From NCBI GenBank assembly GCA_965243655.1, contig CBDEVV010000017.1:1396319-1460318 (forward strand): a stretch of DNA of 64,000 bases, read 5' to 3'. The notes beneath the pieces were generated by a model that made no database searches, was not told where the DNA came from, and was given only the letters and a program-made list of their open reading frames with translations. Position 1 is the stretch's first letter. Every line of letters starts with the position of its first letter. This stretch comes from Dehalococcoidia bacterium (GTDB lineage: Bacteria > Chloroflexota > Dehalococcoidia > Lucifugimonadales > CAJWER01). Below, one piece after another: positions 60,564-64,000 of this stretch. Made by a program: the position numbers and the translations under genes.

Positions 60564-61250
60564 CTACCTCGCGAACGCCAGCCCGAACACAGACATAGCC
60601 CCCGCATCCTTCAGCGCCGAGGCGCACGCCGACATCGTGCTCCCCGTCGTTACCACGTCGTCGATCAGCAGTACCCGCAGCCCCGTCGCGTCGCGAGTGC
60701 ACTCGAATGCGCCCTCGATGTTCTGCCGGCGCTCCTCCCTGCCGCTCATGGCCACCTGCGGCGGCGTGTCCATCGACCTCAGCAGCCGGTCGTCGGCCAT
60801 GGGGATCCCTGCGCGTTTCGAGACCTCCCGTGCAAGCAGGTACGACTGGTTGTAGCCGCGGCTCCGCTCCCGCTTGGGGTGAAGAGGCACGGGAGAAGTT
60901 ACGTCCGCCTCGAATCGTAGAGACCCCAGGTAGTCCGCCAACAGGCCTCCCAGTGTCGGGGCTAGCGCACGTATGTTGCCGTACTTGAGGTCGTGGACCA
61001 TGTCGCGAACGGGGCCGGTGTACCGGTATGGCGCCCTGATCCTCTCGTATGCCGGCGCATCGGCGCGGCACCACGAGCAGGCGGGCGCTGCGTCCGGCTC
61101 GGCGCATCTCCGGCAGTAAGGCGGAGACAGGCGCGGCAACTGGGGTTCACACCCGGCGCATAGGAAGCTGCCCTCGCGGTCGCACACCGCGCACTCGGGC
61201 GGAAAGAGAAGATCGAGACCGCGGCTGGCGAGCTGCCGCAGCATAGCCAC
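60564..61250 (-). CDS. comF: ComF-family phosphoribosyltransferase-domain protein
   Basis: N-terminal Cys pairs (CAVC..CAGC, CRRC) and PRPP loop VLLIDDVVTTGSTM. Confidence 0.88.
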   Translation of the reverse strand: MAMLRQLASRGLDLLFPPECAVCDREGSFLCAGCEPQLPRLSPPYCRRCAEPDAAPACSWCRADAPAYERIRAPYRYTGPVRDMVHDLKYGNIRALAPTLGGLLADYLGSLRFEADVTSPVPLHPKRERSRGYNQSYLLAREVSKRAGIPMADDRLLRSMDTPPQVAMSGREERRQNIEGAFECTRDATGLRVLLIDDVVTTGSTMSACASALKDAGAMSVFGLAFAR

Positions 61251-61251
61251 T

Positions 61252-62118
61252 CTAGGTCTTCTGGAACTTGACGACCTGCTGCGCGTCGCCGATCTCCGTG
61301 ACGTAGATGCTGCCCTGCGAGTCCACGCAGATCCCGTGCCCGGCGCTTAGGGTCCCCTTGCCCGGTCCCCGGTCACCGCGCCACCGCGTGATCAGGTCGC
61401 CGTCCAGGGTCCAGATGCTCACCCCGCAGCCCGCCCCCTGCTCGACCACGTAGACCACGTCGTCCTTGATCCAGATGTCGCCCGGCGCCACCAGGTCCAC
61501 CCACTCGTCGAGGTAGTTGCCCACGTCGTCGAACAGCTGGATCCGGTGGTTCTCCCGGTCGCAGATGAGCACGCGGCTGCGGCTGTCCACCCAGACGTTG
61601 TGGAGCAGGGCGAATTCACCCGGGCGGGTGCCCTGGCGGCCCCATGACAGCAGCAGTTCCCCCTCCGGGCTGAACTTGTGCACGCGGTGCCCGCCGTAGC
61701 CGTCGGACACGAATATGTTGCCGTCAGGCGCTATCGCGAGGCCCGATGGCATGTTGAAAGGCTCCCCCACGAATGACGGCGAGGGTGCTAGCTTCTCCCC
61801 GAAGTTTCTCAGCTCGTCGCCGGAAGGCGTGTACTCTGTGGCTATGTGGAAGTCCCGGTCCACCAGCCACACATTGTCATTGGGAGCTATGTAGATGCCG
61901 TGGGGATTGGCCGAGAAGTGGCCCTCGCCCCACGAGGAGATGAAATCCCCGTCGGTGGTCCATATCGTCAGCGGATGAAGGCCCCGGCTGAAGATATGCA
62001 CCTCGTCCTTCGAGTTGACCGCGCCGTCCGACGCCATCCCGAGGGTCCAGTACTTCGGCACGTTCGGCCACGACGGCACTACTTCGTAGGTATAGTCGCC
62101 CTCACCAACGGTTGGCAT
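61252..62118 (-). CDS. NHL-repeat beta-propeller protein (peptidylglycine lyase-like)
   Basis: Repeated F..P.G(I/L)A(I/V)...G...V.D motifs, e.g. FNMPSGLAIAPDGNIFVSDGYGGHRVHKF. Confidence 0.7.
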   Translation of the reverse strand: MPTVGEGDYTYEVVPSWPNVPKYWTLGMASDGAVNSKDEVHIFSRGLHPLTIWTTDGDFISSWGEGHFSANPHGIYIAPNDNVWLVDRDFHIATEYTPSGDELRNFGEKLAPSPSFVGEPFNMPSGLAIAPDGNIFVSDGYGGHRVHKFSPEGELLLSWGRQGTRPGEFALLHNVWVDSRSRVLICDRENHRIQLFDDVGNYLDEWVDLVAPGDIWIKDDVVYVVEQGAGCGVSIWTLDGDLITRWRGDRGPGKGTLSAGHGICVDSQGSIYVTEIGDAQQVVKFQKT

Positions 62119-62173
62119 GAGAAGCTCCCTAGGATTTGGAGTGCCGGGATTCTATTGGTCGGGCAAGTCAGGG

Positions 62174-62401
62174 TCAATCGCGAGGATGGTCATCGGACGC
62201 GCTCTCGAGCACTTCTCTAGCCGACTCCAGGTCTTCCTCCGCAACCATGACCCGGCAGGGCTTGGGAGAGAGCCCGAGGTAAGACGGCATCAACGTGTCA
62301 CCCGGGTGGACCGTGGCTACTATGCCAGCATCCATCAGCATGTTCTGCCAGATCTCGGCCTGGGTCTGGGTGGGAGCCGTTGCGGCAACTTCCATCTTCA
62401 C
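62174..62401 (-). CDS. small DUF2007-like (putative signal-transducing) protein
   Basis: 75 aa. AEIWQNMLMDAGIVATV...VMVAEEDLESAREVL. The start is 3 nt after the dnaE stop. Confidence 0.55.
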   Translation of the reverse strand: MKMEVAATAPTQTQAEIWQNMLMDAGIVATVHPGDTLMPSYLGLSPKPCRVMVAEEDLESAREVLESASDDHPRD

Positions 62402-62403
62402 CG

Positions 62404-64000
62404 TTATACCACCCTCGTGTGTCCCCCATCGCCCAGGGCCTCCTCCAGCCCCCTCAGCAGATCGTCGGTGATCTCGACCTTGGTAGGCCAGGCCAGGGTG
62501 AAGAGGGTCCCGTCCGCGGCGATCTCCAGGCCGATTTCGCCGCTGCCGGGGCTGTTGAGCAGCAGGCTCTTGACGTCCTCTAGCATTCGCTGGTCGTGCT
62601 CCTGCTCGCCGCTCTCACTCAGCCGCACGATTAGCTTGCCAGGCTGGAAGGCTGCCGGCATGGGTTCCGCATCTTGCTGAATCGCTGGCGGCTCGGCGAT
62701 CTCGCTGATGGGCTGAAGGGCCGGGGCGGCAGGCGGGGTCGCATGTCCGTTCGGGCTCTTGCCGTTCGTGTGCTCGGCGGGAGGGGAGAGCTCCTTGGAT
62801 GCCCCGTTCTGCCTCTCTTCGGGCGCCTTCTCAGGGTCGTATTCGGCCGCCGACTGGCAGGAGATGCTCGTTCGATCGTCCCTTACCCTTACGGTCCCCT
62901 CGACCTCGACGAGCTTTCCCGTCTTCCACACCCCTTGCGTCTCTCCTATGACGTTCTGCCAGACGAATACGTCGATGTCTCCACCCAGCAGTGCCAGGTT
63001 CGCGATCATGTAGGGCTGGTCGTTCTTGGTGGTCCTCTCGCTTACCGAGGCAATCTGCCCCACGAGCTGCACCTTCTTGCCGCTCATCTCCTCGCCGATC
63101 TGGGAGCGGGACACGATTGCCTCTCCGGCGTCCTTCCCTACGAGCTTGTCAAGCTTATTCCCGGAGAACGTCACGCCCAGCAGCTCTGTCTCCCACTGCT
63201 GTTTCTCCGCGTCGGGAGTCCTCACCGGTGGCAGCTCGATGTGGGCGAGGGGTGCATCCATGGACTCCCCCAGCATGTCGAACATCGTTGTCTGGGTCGA
63301 GTTCCTGAGGGCCGCCTCGCTCTGTGCAAGGGAGTGTATGCGGTCGAGCGTGTCGAGAATCGCCCCTCTGTCCCCGAACCGGTCTAGCGCGCCCGCCATC
63401 GCTAGGCTCTCTAGAGTCTTCTTCGTCATCGAGCTCATGTCGACCGCCCGGCACATCTCCTCGATGGAGCCGGGAGTCTCCTCCGCCTCGGCCCTGGACT
63501 TGACGAAGGGCTCTATGGCCGATTCGCCGACGTTCTTGACGTTCGACAGACCGAACCGGATCGCCGTAGACCCGTTCGACTTCTCCACCGAGAACTCCGT
63601 ATGGCTGAGCAGGACGTCCGGCGCCAGTACGTGGATACCCAGGCGGCGGCACTCGTTGATTGAGGCCGCCAGCTTGTCGGTATTCTCCGAGTATGCGTTC
63701 AGCAGCGAGACCATGTACTCCTCCTGGAAGTTGGCCTTCAGATAGGCTGTCCAGTAGGAGATCAGTCCATAGCTAACGGCGTGTGCCTTCGGGAAGCCGT
63801 ACCCCGCGAACGGCTCGACGAGGGCGAAGACCTGCTCGGCCAGTTCGAGAGAGTAACCGTTTCGGGTCGCTCCTTCGATAAACTTGCCCTTCTCCTCGGC
63901 CATGATTGCGGGGACCTTCTTGCCCATCGCCTTGCGCAGCACGTCCGCCTCGCCCAGCGAGTACCCGGCGAAGGCTTGGGCGATCAGGAACACCTGGTCC
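62404..64000 (-). CDS. dnaE: DNA polymerase III alpha subunit, C-terminal part (N-terminus beyond the right edge)
   Basis: GYSLGEADVLRKAMGKK...FAGYGFPKAHAVSYGLISYWTAYLKANF. The frame is open to the window end. Confidence 0.93.
   Translation of the reverse strand, partial: DQVFLIAQAFAGYSLGEADVLRKAMGKKVPAIMAEEKGKFIEGATRNGYSLELAEQVFALVEPFAGYGFPKAHAVSYGLISYWTAYLKANFQEEYMVSLLNAYSENTDKLAASINECRRLGIHVLAPDVLLSHTEFSVEKSNGSTAIRFGLSNVKNVGESAIEPFVKSRAEAEETPGSIEEMCRAVDMSSMTKKTLESLAMAGALDRFGDRGAILDTLDRIHSLAQSEAALRNSTQTTMFDMLGESMDAPLAHIELPPVRTPDAEKQQWETELLGVTFSGNKLDKLVGKDAGEAIVSRSQIGEEMSGKKVQLVGQIASVSERTTKNDQPYMIANLALLGGDIDVFVWQNVIGETQGVWKTGKLVEVEGTVRVRDDRTSISCQSAAEYDPEKAPEERQNGASKELSPPAEHTNGKSPNGHATPPAAPALQPISEIAEPPAIQQDAEPMPAAFQPGKLIVRLSESGEQEHDQRMLEDVKSLLLNSPGSGEIGLEIAADGTLFTLAWPTKVEITDDLLRGLEEALGDGGHTRVV

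Overview
High-GC bacterial chromosomal segment that is mostly housekeeping. The gene content and the short translated-looking intergenic repeats suggest a Chloroflexi-like lineage, but that is inference only. Left third (1-16.8 kb) is entirely on the minus strand and tightly packed or overlapping: polA (partial, missing from the ORF track), an orphan DNA methyltransferase abutting polA, a phosphohexomutase, then a methyl-cycle/SAM-salvage block (metK, ahcY, PfkB kinase, rhodanese, MTA phosphorylase) headed by a Uma2 nuclease-fold gene. After that come a DM13 protein, a PPi-type phosphofructokinase, lactate permease, an FAD oxidoreductase and HtrA. Centre (20.4-41.2 kb, plus strand) is a complete str-S10-spc-alpha ribosomal supercluster from rpsL to rpsI, including secY, adk, map, infA, rpmJ, rpoA and truA, behind a consensus promoter. 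It has no tuf gene. S17 carries a C-terminal acidic tail of about 200 aa built from 8 x 51-bp tandem repeats, and L5 probably has a basic N-terminal extension. Right third holds an IMPDH-family gene, ogg, an exonuclease-DinG fusion, ispE, rsmA, a long-form SRP RNA with its own consensus promoter (absent from the ORF track), a HIBADH-like plus ComB-like pair (the ComB-like gene has an apparent frameshift), a Pro/Thr-linker surface protein, a carbamoyltransferase-fold protein with degenerate carbamoyl-phosphate motifs, two tandem sulfatase paralogs and an amidase. The only clearly accessory module follows: a 311-aa protein translationally coupled to an intact PIN nuclease behind a perfect palindrome. 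The window ends with comF, an NHL propeller, a DUF2007-like gene and dnaE (partial). Three families of short hairpin repeats fill the intergenic spacers and create false N-terminal extensions in several track ORFs. No tRNA, rRNA, CRISPR array or transposase was seen.
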